The notes beneath the pieces are model-generated. The model was not told where the DNA came from. It did not search any database and was given only the letters and a program-made list of their open reading frames with translations. From Candidatus Bathyarchaeia archaeon (GTDB lineage Archaea; Thermoproteota; Bathyarchaeia; Bathyarchaeales; Bathycorpusculaceae), in NCBI GenBank assembly GCA_038882655.1, contig JAVZNT010000001.1, positions 122,576 through 186,575 of the forward strand: a DNA stretch of 64,000 bases, written 5' to 3'. The position numbers were made by a program, and so were the translations under genes. Each line of letters starts with the position of its first letter. The stretch's first letter is position 1. This document shows positions 44,331-54,776 of the stretch, piece after piece.

Positions 44331-47300
44331 CTAGGTTGGCACCTCTAGGAACTTGGCTGAAACGACATACGAGATGCCGTTGCGCCCGTAAACTCCGTAA
44401 ACCTTTTGGGCTTTGTTAACCATTTCAGGCTTTAACGTAATAACGATGAATTGGGCTTTTTCAGATTCCTCTAATAAAACATCGGCAAGTCTTGACACGT
44501 GAAAGGCGTCTAGGTGTGCGTCAATCTCGTCGAGTATGTAGAAGGAGGCTGGTGTGAAGTCTTTTATGGCGAATAGGAAGGCTACGGCTGCCACTGAGCG
44601 TTCGCCACCACTTGCGCCGCTGACTACGATGGATGGCTTATTGAGGAACTGGACAATCATATCTATGCCGCCGGAGAAGGGTTCTTCTGGATTCTCCAAG
44701 ATTAGGTTGGCTGCACCACCGCCAGTAAGCTTAGAGAAGTATTTTTGTAGGTTTTGGTTTATCTTTCCAAAGGCTTCCATGAAAACCTTGTGCTTTTTGC
44801 TTTCAATTTCTTCCATAAACTTCAGGATTGCTTGCTTTTCTTTTTCAAGCTCATTCATCCTTAGGGAGAGCTCTTTGTAGCGAGAAATTTGCTCTGCATA
44901 GTGGGAAAGGGCAAGCTGGTTAACACCACTTATCCTTTCAAGTTCGAATTGGAGCATCCGTAGAGAGGCTTCCGCCTCCTCAACTTCTTTGGCTGTAACT
45001 TCTAAAGGCTTTTCGTAGCCAAACTGTCTAAGTTGATTTTGCCACTGCTCCAGCTGTATCATGGATGTCTGAATGTTCAGCTGATACTGATTCCACAGAC
45101 GGTCGGTTTCCTCATATTCAGTTTCGATTTTACGGAGCTCCTTGTCTATCTCATCTATTTGGGTTGAGAATTTTTGAGCTTCCTCCTTTGCGGATAAAAC
45201 AGTTTTTGATAGCTCAATCCGGCTTTTCTCCAGCTCTGTTAATTCCTGTTTTAGCTTCTCCCTTTCCTGAAGCGCCTCCTCAACTTCACCCTCGACTTTT
45301 CTTAGTTGTTGCTCAACTTTTGCCAGCTGAATCTTGGCGTTTTTGTAGCCGACTCTTAAAACATTGTCAAACTGCGATTGAAGTGTTGAGATTTCTGTTT
45401 GCACAGACCCAAGCTTCTGCCTTAAAGTGTTTATTTCTTCTGCTAGTTTTTCACGTTTTGCTTCCATTTCCTGAATATTTGCTGGGTCAACTTTCCGTCT
45501 ATAGCTAGCCAATTCGCTTTGAAGCTTGCGCACCTCCTTTTGCAGCGTGCTTCTCTCAGCCCTATAAGTCCATATTTTCGCCTTTTCAGCTTCGATTTCG
45601 CCTTCAATGCGTTTTATGTTAACCTCTACTCTTCTAATGTTTAATTTTGTTCTTTTTACACTTCTTTTTACGCGGGCGATTTCTCTATCAAGCGTTGTCA
45701 TAGCCTCTGATAAACGGGCGATTTCAACTCGGGTTCTGTCTATTTCCTCCTCAAGAGTTGCGATGTCGCTTCCACGTCTAGAAAGGTGCTGTTGCAAAGC
45801 CCTAACAGCTTCGTCTAGGCTTTTTATCGCAGCCTCGCTTGGTATTATGGCGGAAAAATCTAGGGGTGCACGGTAATAACCGCTTTCCAAAGCGCCGCCG
45901 GGCTCGTATAGGTCGCCGTTCACCGTTACTACGCGGTAACCTCTGCTTGAAAGCTCAAAGGCTGTTTTATCTTCTGGAACAACTACAGTGTCGCCAAAAA
46001 CGAAGTAAACAGCCGGTTCATACTGTTTAGCGCACTTTATAAAGGAGAAGGCTGCGCCGCTAACATTTATGCCCTCTGGAACTTTTACCGGCTTTGTAAT
46101 CGAAACTACTTCTAGTGGAATTATCTTTATTCTTCCAAGTTTCATTCTGCGCAGGGTTTCTGTGCATGTGAAAGCCGCGTCGAAGTCCTTAACAACTAGA
46201 GCGTCCAGCCATCCTCCAGCCGCAACCTCAATTGCTTGTTGATAAGTCTTATCGATTTTGATTAGATTGCGTAGACGTCCGTAGACGCCTTGAATAACGC
46301 CTAATTCGCCGAGTTCCTCTATGCTTTTTAGGGCTTTTTCTTCCGCGGCAACCGTTTCTGCGAGCTCCCTTTGCGTTGCAAATTCAACAACCGCCTCCCG
46401 GGCTGACTCGGCTATTTTTCCAGCTTCTGCTATTTCCCTTTCTATGGAGTCTTTTTGGGATATGCGGCGTTCCAGCATGCGCTCTAAATTTTTAAGTTGC
46501 ATCCTCTGTTCCTTCTGAACTTTTATCAGCTCTGCAAGAGACTTTCCAAGCTCACTTAGGGTTGAGGCAAACCTCTCCTTCCGCTCGTTTAAATCCCTAA
46601 GTCTTCTTTCACGAATTTTTATGGCTGCTTGACTTTTCGCGTGCTCAGACCTTAAAAACGCGAGCCGTTTATAGTTCTTGTCAATTTGGAGCTCTATTTC
46701 GCGTATTTTCTTGCTATTTTCACCGATACTCTCCCAGAGTTGCGCGGCTTCCTTTGCAAGGGCGTCATGTTCCATTTGCTTAGCGTTTATTTGGCTCATT
46801 ATGCGTTCATATTCGCCTCTTAAACGCCTAATTTTTAGCCTATTTTCATGGATTTCATTTCTTATAGACTGGTATTGTTGAAAATTGTTTTCTCTAACCT
46901 TTCTCAGCCCTTCAAGGCTTGCTTTCCCAGAACTTATTTTTGTTGTTAGCTCTGTTATTCTCGATTTCAGCTCGCCTATCTTCATTTGAACCCTTAAAAC
47001 CTGCGAACCGCCTTCTTCAACTATTTCTGAGCTTAGTTTCCGCCATTCACTTTCGATTTCTCTTCGCCTCTGCCTATGCTGGTCGCGGAGCGCCCTAATC
47101 TTTTCTAATCTGTTTTTAATCTTCTCTGCTTGAACTGAATTATACTGGATCTTCTCTTGTATTTGGGCAATGTCATTGGAAAGTTTAACGGCTTCAAACT
47201 TTTTGATCTCGTTTTTAAGGAAGTTATAGCGCAATAGTTCGTTACGTTCCCTTTCTAAATCTTCAACGCGTCTTTGCACTTCATCTATTCTTCCCATGGC

Positions 47301-47879
47301 AGTGCGGATGGAAACATCAGCAACCCTAAGCTTCTCTTCAGCTTCAGCTTTTTCCGCGTCGTATTGGGCTATCCCAACAAGATCTTCAATGATTTTCCGC
47401 CTTTCCATCGAAGAAATATCGGTTAACCGTGTGATTGTACCTTGCAAGATTATGTTTTGGCTTGTGGAGCTTATTCCAGCCATCGAAAGGATTTCCATTA
47501 TGTGAACTCTTGAGATTCGTCTTCCATTAAGCCGGTAGACAGACTGTCCATTCCGGTAAACTTCACGGGATATTGTCACGGTTGCCGTGTCAACTGGTAT
47601 GCGCCCATCAGAATTGTCAAACTGTATGACTACCTTAGCCATCTTCGCCTTTTCCAGCCCCGCCTTCTCTGAACCGTGAAAAATTAGTTTGGCAGCGTTT
47701 TCCGCGCGTAGCCTCTTTGTGCTTAATTCGCCCAAGGCGAATAAAATTGCATCAACAATGTTTGTTTTGCCGCTTCCATTTGGTCCCGTTATGGATGTAA
47801 ACCCTTTATCCAAAACTATTTTTGCTGTCTGCCCAAACGATTTGAAACCTTTAATTTCTATTTTTTTGATATAGGGCAT
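44331..47879 (-). CDS. smc: Chromosome segregation protein SMC
   Basis: GFKSF, GPNGSGKT Walker A, hinge GVYG..., SGGERS signature, ILDEIDAHLD Walker B. Confidence 0.97.
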   Translation of the reverse strand: MPYIKKIEIKGFKSFGQTAKIVLDKGFTSITGPNGSGKTNIVDAILFALGELSTKRLRAENAAKLIFHGSEKAGLEKAKMAKVVIQFDNSDGRIPVDTATVTISREVYRNGQSVYRLNGRRISRVHIMEILSMAGISSTSQNIILQGTITRLTDISSMERRKIIEDLVGIAQYDAEKAEAEEKLRVADVSIRTAMGRIDEVQRRVEDLERERNELLRYNFLKNEIKKFEAVKLSNDIAQIQEKIQYNSVQAEKIKNRLEKIRALRDQHRQRRREIESEWRKLSSEIVEEGGSQVLRVQMKIGELKSRITELTTKISSGKASLEGLRKVRENNFQQYQSIRNEIHENRLKIRRLRGEYERIMSQINAKQMEHDALAKEAAQLWESIGENSKKIREIELQIDKNYKRLAFLRSEHAKSQAAIKIRERRLRDLNERKERFASTLSELGKSLAELIKVQKEQRMQLKNLERMLERRISQKDSIEREIAEAGKIAESAREAVVEFATQRELAETVAAEEKALKSIEELGELGVIQGVYGRLRNLIKIDKTYQQAIEVAAGGWLDALVVKDFDAAFTCTETLRRMKLGRIKIIPLEVVSITKPVKVPEGINVSGAAFSFIKCAKQYEPAVYFVFGDTVVVPEDKTAFELSSRGYRVVTVNGDLYEPGGALESGYYRAPLDFSAIIPSEAAIKSLDEAVRALQQHLSRRGSDIATLEEEIDRTRVEIARLSEAMTTLDREIARVKRSVKRTKLNIRRVEVNIKRIEGEIEAEKAKIWTYRAERSTLQKEVRKLQSELASYRRKVDPANIQEMEAKREKLAEEINTLRQKLGSVQTEISTLQSQFDNVLRVGYKNAKIQLAKVEQQLRKVEGEVEEALQEREKLKQELTELEKSRIELSKTVLSAKEEAQKFSTQIDEIDKELRKIETEYEETDRLWNQYQLNIQTSMIQLEQWQNQLRQFGYEKPLEVTAKEVEEAEASLRMLQFELERISGVNQLALSHYAEQISRYKELSLRMNELEKEKQAILKFMEEIESKKHKVFMEAFGKINQNLQKYFSKLTGGGAANLILENPEEPFSGGIDMIVQFLNKPSIVVSGASGGERSVAAVAFLFAIKDFTPASFYILDEIDAHLDAFHVSRLADVLLEESEKAQFIVITLKPEMVNKAQKVYGVYGRNGISYVVSAKFLEVPT

Positions 47880-48006
47880 TAGGCTAAGCCCTCACCCGGC
47901 GGAATGAAACGGTAAGCCTTTCCGCTCATGTTTGAAGTGATTTCTATATGTTTTCTCTATAAAAGTGTTGCATCGGCATGTTTTAATGGTTGTGCACTTT
48001 TTAACG

Positions 48007-48522
48007 CTATTTTTCAGCTTTAAAACCATATTTTGTAGCCATCTTTTTGACAAAATCCTTGAGGCGTTCATCTTCACCGTAAACAAGTAAGCAGCCGTCC
48101 TTTTGAACTTCGAAGGACAAGCTTAATTTGCTGGCTAAAGCCTTTACAGTTTCGAGGGGCATTTCATCGGAAGGTTTAACACGAATCCAACGTTGTTCCC
48201 TCGGCAATCCTGGAACAAAGCGGGTTTCCTCTTCTTCTTCATCTAAAATTCTTCTGCTTGCTTCCTCCAGCCTTTTAACCCAATCTTCGACGTATTTATC
48301 TCCGAACCTTTGCCCTTCTGAAACGAGGTAAGCCTCAACATTGTTTAGATACTCCTCAATTTTTTGGCTTGTTTCAAGGCGTGTGGGGTCAGCCTTTAAA
48401 ACATTGGCTAGTGTTCTTGCATATTTCAAATCGTTAAGAATGGTTGCTGGGATGGTTACGCCCTTCTTCTTTAAGTCTGTGATCATTTCTTCCAAAACTT
48501 TCCAGACAGCTAAATAGCCCAA
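48007..48522 (-). CDS. DUF2096-like conserved archaeal protein
   Basis: WKVLEEMITDLKKKG..IP, LNNVEAYL, FVPGLPR..WIRV. Confidence 0.65.
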   Translation of the reverse strand: MGYLAVWKVLEEMITDLKKKGVTIPATILNDLKYARTLANVLKADPTRLETSQKIEEYLNNVEAYLVSEGQRFGDKYVEDWVKRLEEASRRILDEEEEETRFVPGLPREQRWIRVKPSDEMPLETVKALASKLSLSFEVQKDGCLLVYGEDERLKDFVKKMATKYGFKAEK

Positions 48523-48585
48523 TTTTCCACCAGCCTTTAATTCTGATTTTGATCTATAAAAAGTGTTATCAACATCAAGGCTTAA

Positions 48586-49282
48586 ATGGCTAGGATGGAA
48601 TGGAAGAAAAATCTAGCGGCCTTGTGGAAGGCGGCATTTATTGGAAAGGCTGTTAAAGCTTCAACATCCCCTAATTGGAATAGTTTTAGCGGAGACAGAG
48701 GCCAAAAATTTGCGAAAACTTGGCGAAGAAATGGAGTTCTGCAGAATGTGGAAAATGGCATTCGAAGGTAACGCTTTCTTCGCCACAGAAGAAAACCATG
48801 ACTGTGTTACTGGCCAATATTATCTAGGATTCAGAAAAATAGAAAGAGAGGGATCGCCGCTTTTTAGTTGACGAAGTTCAGGCCTATTGCAACTATGATG
48901 TCGTAGATAAATATCTCAAAAATGTCCCGAAAATTTCGAAAGCTAAAACTGGAATAACTTGTGTTGCATCACTTGGAAAGGCCAATTTCTTCCCGGACTT
49001 AATTTTGGTTAGATGCCATCCGAAAGAGACCATGCTCCTGCTTTGGGCGTACTCTTACGCAACTGGAGAAATCGTAAAGGGTGAGACTGGAACGGTTATG
49101 TGTGTTTCGCTTGTTATAAAATCGCATTTGAAGGGGAAACCAGCATTTAGTTTAGGGATCCCGGGGGCAGATACATTGTAGGTTTGGATGAAAATGAGCT
49201 CGTGTGTTCGATGCCAATACAATTTTTTAATGTAATGACTAAGACTCTGCGATTTCGCTTGGAAATTGGAAAGCATGATTAA
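48586..49282 (+). pseudogene. DUF169-family pseudogene (about 3 frameshifts)
   Basis: Segments LLKLQHPLIGI..EFC..DCVTG.YYLG / FLV...PDLILV...MLL..A..MC..KPAFSLG / DPGGR..GLDENEL...P lie in different frames, with shifts near 48640, 48860 and 49157. Confidence 0.75.
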
Positions 49283-49303
49283 AAGGGCAAAAGTGATGTT
49301 TAG

Positions 49304-49747
49304 TTAGACTCTTCTTCCCCTTCTTCCGCCTGGTCTTCGTGTGCCATCATGCGGTATGGGCGTAACTTCTTCTATGCGTCCAATGCGGAATCCGGCTCTG
49401 GCCAAGGCTCTTATGGCTGCTTGGGCACCTGGTCCTGGTGTTCTTGGGCCTGGTCCACCTGGAGCTCTGACTTTTATGTGGATGGCGGTTATTCCTTTGT
49501 CTTTGGCTATTTCGGCTGCTGCCGAGGCTGCCCTCATAGCAGCATATGGCGATGATTCTAGCCTATCAGCTTTCACAAACATTCCGCCGGAGGTTCGGGC
49601 TATGGTTTCTGCGCCTGAGAGGTCTGTTATGTGGACTATTGTGTTGTTATAGGAACTGTAAATGTGGACTACACCCCATTTTTCAGTCTTTTTGGCTGTT
49701 GCAACTGATGTTCCGCTGCCGCTTCCGCTTTCACTGCCATTGAGCAT
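49304..49747 (-). CDS. rps11: 30S ribosomal protein S11
   Basis: [43 protein letters not shown]. Confidence 0.97.
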   Translation of the reverse strand: MLNGSESGSGSGTSVATAKKTEKWGVVHIYSSYNNTIVHITDLSGAETIARTSGGMFVKADRLESSPYAAMRAASAAAEIAKDKGITAIHIKVRAPGGPGPRTPGPGAQAAIRALARAGFRIGRIEEVTPIPHDGTRRPGGRRGRRV

Positions 49748-49748
49748 T

Positions 49749-50321
49749 TTATTCTTCACCTCTCTCCCTTCCAGTTCTCTTTCCAGTTTGCGTTGGGGCA
49801 GCTACAGCCATCATTTGGCGTATTGGATGACTTAGGTTTGTGAGGGGGCTGTCCGGTGCATACGTTATTTTCTCTTCCTCTTCCCTTGTGACTAGGTAGC
49901 TTGGCACTGTTACTCGTTGACTGCCTATAACTATGTGTCCATGCGTTATTAGCTGCCTAGCTTGATAAACTGATTTGGCTAGTCCTTTTCTGAAGACTAT
50001 TGTTTGGAGGCGCCTTTCAAGTATGTCTTCAACTGTTAAGTCTAAAACATCGTCTAGAACGGCTGTTTCGTGGATTATGCCCAGCTTCTTTAGGCGTGAT
50101 AAGAGTTCTTCCTCCATTTTCCTTCTTTCTTCCTGCGCCTTGCCTATTAGGGAACGGGCTATACCCCTAAATTTTGAAAGCATGGTTTTGTGGCGCCACA
50201 ACTCACGTTTATTTCTTAAGCCATACTGCCCCAAAAGTTTAAGCTCTTCTTGAAGCACATCTGTCCGCCATGGGAAACGAGGAGTTTCATACTTCTTTTT
50301 CTGTTTCTTAGGGTCTCCCAT
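49749..50321 (-). CDS. rps4: 30S ribosomal protein S4
   Basis: [33 protein letters not shown]. Confidence 0.97.
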   Translation of the reverse strand: MGDPKKQKKKYETPRFPWRTDVLQEELKLLGQYGLRNKRELWRHKTMLSKFRGIARSLIGKAQEERRKMEEELLSRLKKLGIIHETAVLDDVLDLTVEDILERRLQTIVFRKGLAKSVYQARQLITHGHIVIGSQRVTVPSYLVTREEEEKITYAPDSPLTNLSHPIRQMMAVAAPTQTGKRTGRERGEE

Positions 50322-50323
50322 GG

Positions 50324-50809
50324 TTATCCGCCACCGCCTCCGGGTTTTGCGATAGCTTTCTTTTTAACTCCAACAGCTTTGCCTTTTCGCCCAGTTGTTC
50401 TTGTTCTCTGCCCCCTAACCTTTAACCCGTAAGCGTGCCTGTATCCCTGCCAAGACTTCAGCTCTTTCATTTTTTCGATATCCATTTTTGTTCTGAGGAG
50501 TAGGTCGGCGCTTATTAGGTGCATGTCCTTTCCAGTTTCTAAATCTTTCCGTTTGTTCAAGAGCCAACATGGCAGTCCATATTTTGTTGGTTCTGTGATT
50601 ATTTCCTCTATTTTTTCAACTTCCGCCTCTGTTAGGAAGCCCGCCCTTATGTTTGGGTCTATTCCAGCCTTTTTGAGGATAGCGTTGGCTAGATTTAGGC
50701 TTATGCCCTTAATCTTTCTTAGAGCGTAGGGCGCCTTTAGAGTGCCGTCTACATCCGTGTCCGTTATTCTTAGTATGTGACGGAATTCTCTAGTGGTTTG
50801 ACTTGACAT
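50324..50809 (-). CDS. rps13: 30S ribosomal protein S13
   Basis: ILRI.DTDVDG, IKGI, NKRKD..G, G.RH..GLKVRGQRTRTTGR. Confidence 0.97.
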   Translation of the reverse strand: MSSQTTREFRHILRITDTDVDGTLKAPYALRKIKGISLNLANAILKKAGIDPNIRAGFLTEAEVEKIEEIITEPTKYGLPCWLLNKRKDLETGKDMHLISADLLLRTKMDIEKMKELKSWQGYRHAYGLKVRGQRTRTTGRKGKAVGVKKKAIAKPGGGGG

Positions 50810-50933
50810 CTGCCGCATCCATTCCTTGTTTGCAAACTAGAAGTAAGTCATATTTTATTTAAACTTTCCTAGTCTTATGGAACCGAAAAACACTTAACAA
50901 GGCTTTTGGAGAGCATTTTAAACTGGGCTGGAA

Positions 50934-51275
50934 ATGAGCGGCACAGTGCTTGAGGACACTATTTCAGAAGCCTTCCGTAAGAGGGGCTTCATAGTTTTTA
51001 CGAGACATAATCACTGTGATGTTTTAGCTGTCAAGCCAGACATGAGTTTGGCTTACCTCGTAGAATGCAAGGATTACGCCTTATCCAAAAAACAACAGGT
51101 TTTGGCTGTTAGGGAGCTTAACCGCAACTATACCCATGCACTGGAACTTTTGATTAAGCAGCGCTTATGCCCGCAGAAAATATTGAAGGTTCTCGTGGCT
51201 AGAGGATTTGCTTATCAAGCAAGGGGCATATTGCAATACACTCCAGAAACTTTTATTGAGCATATTTCCTCGTGA
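50934..51275 (+). CDS. Small PD-(D/E)XK nuclease-fold protein (Hjc/Mrr-like)
   Basis: LE...F..RGF.V, DVLA, YLVECK. Confidence 0.6.
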   Translation: MSGTVLEDTISEAFRKRGFIVFTRHNHCDVLAVKPDMSLAYLVECKDYALSKKQQVLAVRELNRNYTHALELLIKQRLCPQKILKVLVARGFAYQARGILQYTPETFIEHISS

Positions 51276-51446
51276 AAATAGACTGTTAAATGCAAACAGT
51301 AATTTTCGTGTAATAAGTCAAATAAATCATGTAGGAAAATATGGAGAATTTACATTGAGACATTATGCCCTTCATTTTAAGGCAATTTTAGAATAAAGCA
51401 AATGTTTATTAATCTTGCAAGATGTAAAACATTGGAAGGAAAGAGA

Positions 51447-53864
51447 ATGAAATTTAAGAGCGCATTTATTGTTTGTCTATTAATTGCTTCCCTCGTTATA
51501 AGTATGACGTCTATCCCTGAAATTACTGCTCAGCAGCCTGCTCAGCCTCCAGTTGACACGACGACAATGTATGTTGGTACTAGTGTTTTCGGTCCTCGTA
51601 GGGCTGATCCTGATAGGGCTTATGATACTGCCAGCTGTGTGCTACTATTAAATGTTTATGACACGCTGATATTCTTTAAGGATGAATTGTATTGGGAGTT
51701 TGAGCCTAGACTTGCAACGAATGTTCCAAGCAAGGCTGATGACACAATTGTTGATGTAACAAAGACTGTTACTTCAACAGATGTGGATTTGGCTGATCCG
51801 ACGGGCTCGACTTGGAGCGATGGTTCCACATGCATAGGGTGGGTTGACAGCCACGATAACGGCGAGTTAGACGAAATAGACACTATATACGTAATTGAAC
51901 CAGAAGGCACATATAGGACTTGGCAAGTTCAAACCTTAACGGTTGGTCCACCCGTTTCTGTCACGCTGATTAGGCAGAAGTGGATATTTCACATCAGAAC
52001 ACAAGGCTTAGATGGAAACCCGATACGCTTCGTTGACGAAGGCGGAAGCGTAGCGGATACTTTCGACGTATATGATGCCGAATATTCTCTTGAGCGCGGT
52101 CTAGTCCAGGACCAGCTTCCGATGTGGATGTTCTACAAACCCTTATTCGATCAAATGAACAGCGATCCCTTCGACAGTAACATAACCCACCCAACAGCTA
52201 TGGACTTAGCTCACTTGATAGACAACGCCATAGAGGTTGATGGCAACGACCTAATAATCAACCTTGGTATACTCTTCCCAGAAACAGCCTTTAAACAAAT
52301 CCTAAGCCAAACATGGGGATCTATAATAAGCAAGGAATTCACAATAAGCATAGGATGCTGGGACGGAGACTTATGTACAGATAGCGACGGAGACGGCTAC
52401 CCAGACTGGTGGATAAATGTTAGACGTATACTTAGATCACCATACGACAAAATAGAAACTATACCAAGGCCTCCAGGTGTAACCTTCACAAACGGTTATC
52501 GCTATGTTGGAACAGGCGCATATCGCGTAATAACCTTTGACGCAACAAACTACAAGATTGAATTAGTAAAGAACTCATACTACTGGGGCGGATGGGAGGG
52601 CAAACACCTAGAAAAAATAGTCATACTGTACATTACAGAGTGGACGAAGCGGCGTGACGCCTTCCTCAATGGTGAAGTAGACGTATGCGCAGTGCCAAGG
52701 CAAGTAATGTTTGACCTTCTAGACCCAGTGACAGGCGAACCATGGAAACCGGGCATAATAACAATAAAGAGGATTAGCCCAGTCATAGAAATGTCTGCAC
52801 TACATTTCGAATTCACACTATCTCCGGAAAGTCCATTCACAGCAAAGAGGAAGGACACAGGCGAAGAGCTGCCAAACTTCTTTAACAACACCCATGTTAG
52901 AAAGGCCTTCTGCTACGCCTTTGACCACAAGAAATACATAGACGAAGTATATTTCGGCGAGGCTGTATGCAGAAATAACATGCTAATCTATGGGCTTGTT
53001 CCAGACTACTACAACACAACAATCCCAGGGTACGATATAAACTCCACCAAAGCCATGGAGGAACTACAGGCGGTAGTGTTCCCAGATGGCAAAACGCTAT
53101 ATGAAACGGGCTTTATAGCAACATTGACTTACTATGTAGGAAGTGATAGTGAAAGGAAAGTGTGTGAAATGATAAAAGCGTTCTTCCAAAACTTAGGACC
53201 ACGGTTTGAAATACAAATCTACGCAAATGCTCCTTTTGGCGGATTCGTAGATGGGTCTTGGCCAACATGGATCGTAGGATGGCTTGTGGATTTTGCTGAC
53301 GCAGACAACTTTGCAAGGACATATATGCACAGTTACGGAGACATTGCCTACATCCAAAACTACACAGCAAATAACGGATGGAGAACCAAAGGTCCAAAAA
53401 CAGGTCTAACAAAGGACGAAATAATAGACAGGGCCCTAAAAACACCAGATGGCCCGGAAAGGGAAATTCTATACGAAGACTTGCAATGGATATATTATCA
53501 AGATGCACCTTTCATACCGATTGCACAACCGTTAACACGCAGATGGCAGTGGTACTGGGTTAAAGGCTGGTACTATAATCCGCTATATCCCGGAGACTAT
53601 TATTATTCGATGTATAAGGATGATACATGCTGGTTCGACATTAGCGGCCCAACATCCGGCGCGCCAGATGACGTAACAAACGCTAGAGATGTAACGTACC
53701 TCATATTACACTTTGGTGCAAGACCACCCGTCCCCGGAGGCGAAGACCCCAGGTGGGTTGGCACCTACGGACACGGTGGAGTGGACCCCTACGGCGACCG
53801 TGTCTGCAACGCCAGAGACGTAGCATGGACGATACTCCACTTCAATCACAGAAGCCAACCATAA
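51447..53864 (+). CDS. ABC transporter substrate-binding protein (family 5, DppA/OppA-like) with C-terminal dockerin-like domain
   Basis: Signal peptide, DPDRAYDTAS, VYDTL, PRLA, VGTGAY, N..VRKAFCYAFD, GWLVDFAD; C-terminal duplicated D..D..NARDV...ILHF repeats. Confidence 0.88.
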   Translation: MKFKSAFIVCLLIASLVISMTSIPEITAQQPAQPPVDTTTMYVGTSVFGPRRADPDRAYDTASCVLLLNVYDTLIFFKDELYWEFEPRLATNVPSKADDTIVDVTKTVTSTDVDLADPTGSTWSDGSTCIGWVDSHDNGELDEIDTIYVIEPEGTYRTWQVQTLTVGPPVSVTLIRQKWIFHIRTQGLDGNPIRFVDEGGSVADTFDVYDAEYSLERGLVQDQLPMWMFYKPLFDQMNSDPFDSNITHPTAMDLAHLIDNAIEVDGNDLIINLGILFPETAFKQILSQTWGSIISKEFTISIGCWDGDLCTDSDGDGYPDWWINVRRILRSPYDKIETIPRPPGVTFTNGYRYVGTGAYRVITFDATNYKIELVKNSYYWGGWEGKHLEKIVILYITEWTKRRDAFLNGEVDVCAVPRQVMFDLLDPVTGEPWKPGIITIKRISPVIEMSALHFEFTLSPESPFTAKRKDTGEELPNFFNNTHVRKAFCYAFDHKKYIDEVYFGEAVCRNNMLIYGLVPDYYNTTIPGYDINSTKAMEELQAVVFPDGKTLYETGFIATLTYYVGSDSERKVCEMIKAFFQNLGPRFEIQIYANAPFGGFVDGSWPTWIVGWLVDFADADNFARTYMHSYGDIAYIQNYTANNGWRTKGPKTGLTKDEIIDRALKTPDGPEREILYEDLQWIYYQDAPFIPIAQPLTRRWQWYWVKGWYYNPLYPGDYYYSMYKDDTCWFDISGPTSGAPDDVTNARDVTYLILHFGARPPVPGGEDPRWVGTYGHGGVDPYGDRVCNARDVAWTILHFNHRSQP

Positions 53865-54051
53865 AACAAGAGATCCTCGTACACAAAGACATCACATCAA
53901 AATGCTCTTATCAAAATGACATGGTTAACTTCGTATGAAGACAGAAAAAAGGGTCAAAGAAACAACAAAGTTTATTGAGGAGCTTTGAAATTGCCCACAA
54001 ATTTGATGGTGTTATAATATTTCGAAAGGGGAAATAGTATACCGCCATTAT

Positions 54052-54081
54052 GTCATAAATCCGAATAATAAGTCATAAATC
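54052..54081 (+). repeat. Tandem GTCATAAATC direct repeat (20-bp period), putative operator
   Basis: GTCATAAATC at 54052-54061 and 54072-54081, just upstream of the TATA-like TTTTAAG before the wHTH gene. Confidence 0.45.
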
Positions 54082-54149
54082 GTAATATAGGTTAAATCTT
54101 TTAAGCAGAATAGCCTATAACAGAAAGCGTAAACGGATGGTTGTTTGAG

Positions 54150-54485
54150 ATGGTTAGGAGCGGGGAAGAGGAGAAGATTAGGCGTATATTGACGGATGCT
54201 AGGCTTTCGGCGATTAAGGCTATGTTGGAGAAGGACCATGCTATTGACTGCATTTTCCTATTGTATATGGGGCGGGGGAAGTGGAAGGAAGCTAAAGAGT
54301 TTATGCGTGAGAATGGCTTAACATTGAGTGATGGCACTTTTAGGGCTAGGATGATGGAAATTGAGGAGCTTGGCTTGGCTAAGAGCGAGCGTTTAGACCC
54401 TTTGAAGAAGAAGTATGAGAAGACAGTGCTTGGCGAGAAGGTGGCTAGGCTTCTGCTGAAGTTCTTTGATGAGCTTGGCGTTTAG
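54150..54485 (+). CDS. Winged helix-turn-helix transcriptional regulator
   Basis: LSDGTFRARMMEIEELGL...KKKYEKTVLGEKVA pattern (HxlR/ArsR-like). Confidence 0.65.
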   Translation: MVRSGEEEKIRRILTDARLSAIKAMLEKDHAIDCIFLLYMGRGKWKEAKEFMRENGLTLSDGTFRARMMEIEELGLAKSERLDPLKKKYEKTVLGEKVARLLLKFFDELGV

Positions 54486-54776
54486 GCTTCTCCTCTTGAT
54501 CGCGTTAAAAAAGGGCGGAAACTTCTAACAATTTTCGATTTGTTAGTTATATAAATGTCAATTTTGTTGCTAGTGTTGAACTGCAAAATTGGTAGCTTCC
54601 TCTAGAATTTTGGCGCTTAAGTCATATTTGTTGTTGGTTTGGCTTAACAAATACGTTACCCCTCTATAGATTTTGGTTGTTTTTCAAGTTATTTTTCTGT
54701 CCCCTTTCCTCTTCTAGAAAGGTTTGTTATGGCGTGGTTAATTTTAGGAGTCGGACTGAGCTAAATTGGATAGCCT

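Noticed and set aside
48586-48871. Two independent small proteins (61 aa and 76 aa)
   Set aside because: They are frameshifted fragments of one DUF169 pseudogene.
49700-49740. GSGSG low-complexity repeat at the rps11 N-terminus (and poly-Gly at the rps13 C-terminus)
   Set aside because: Short variable ribosomal-protein tails with no evidence of separate function.
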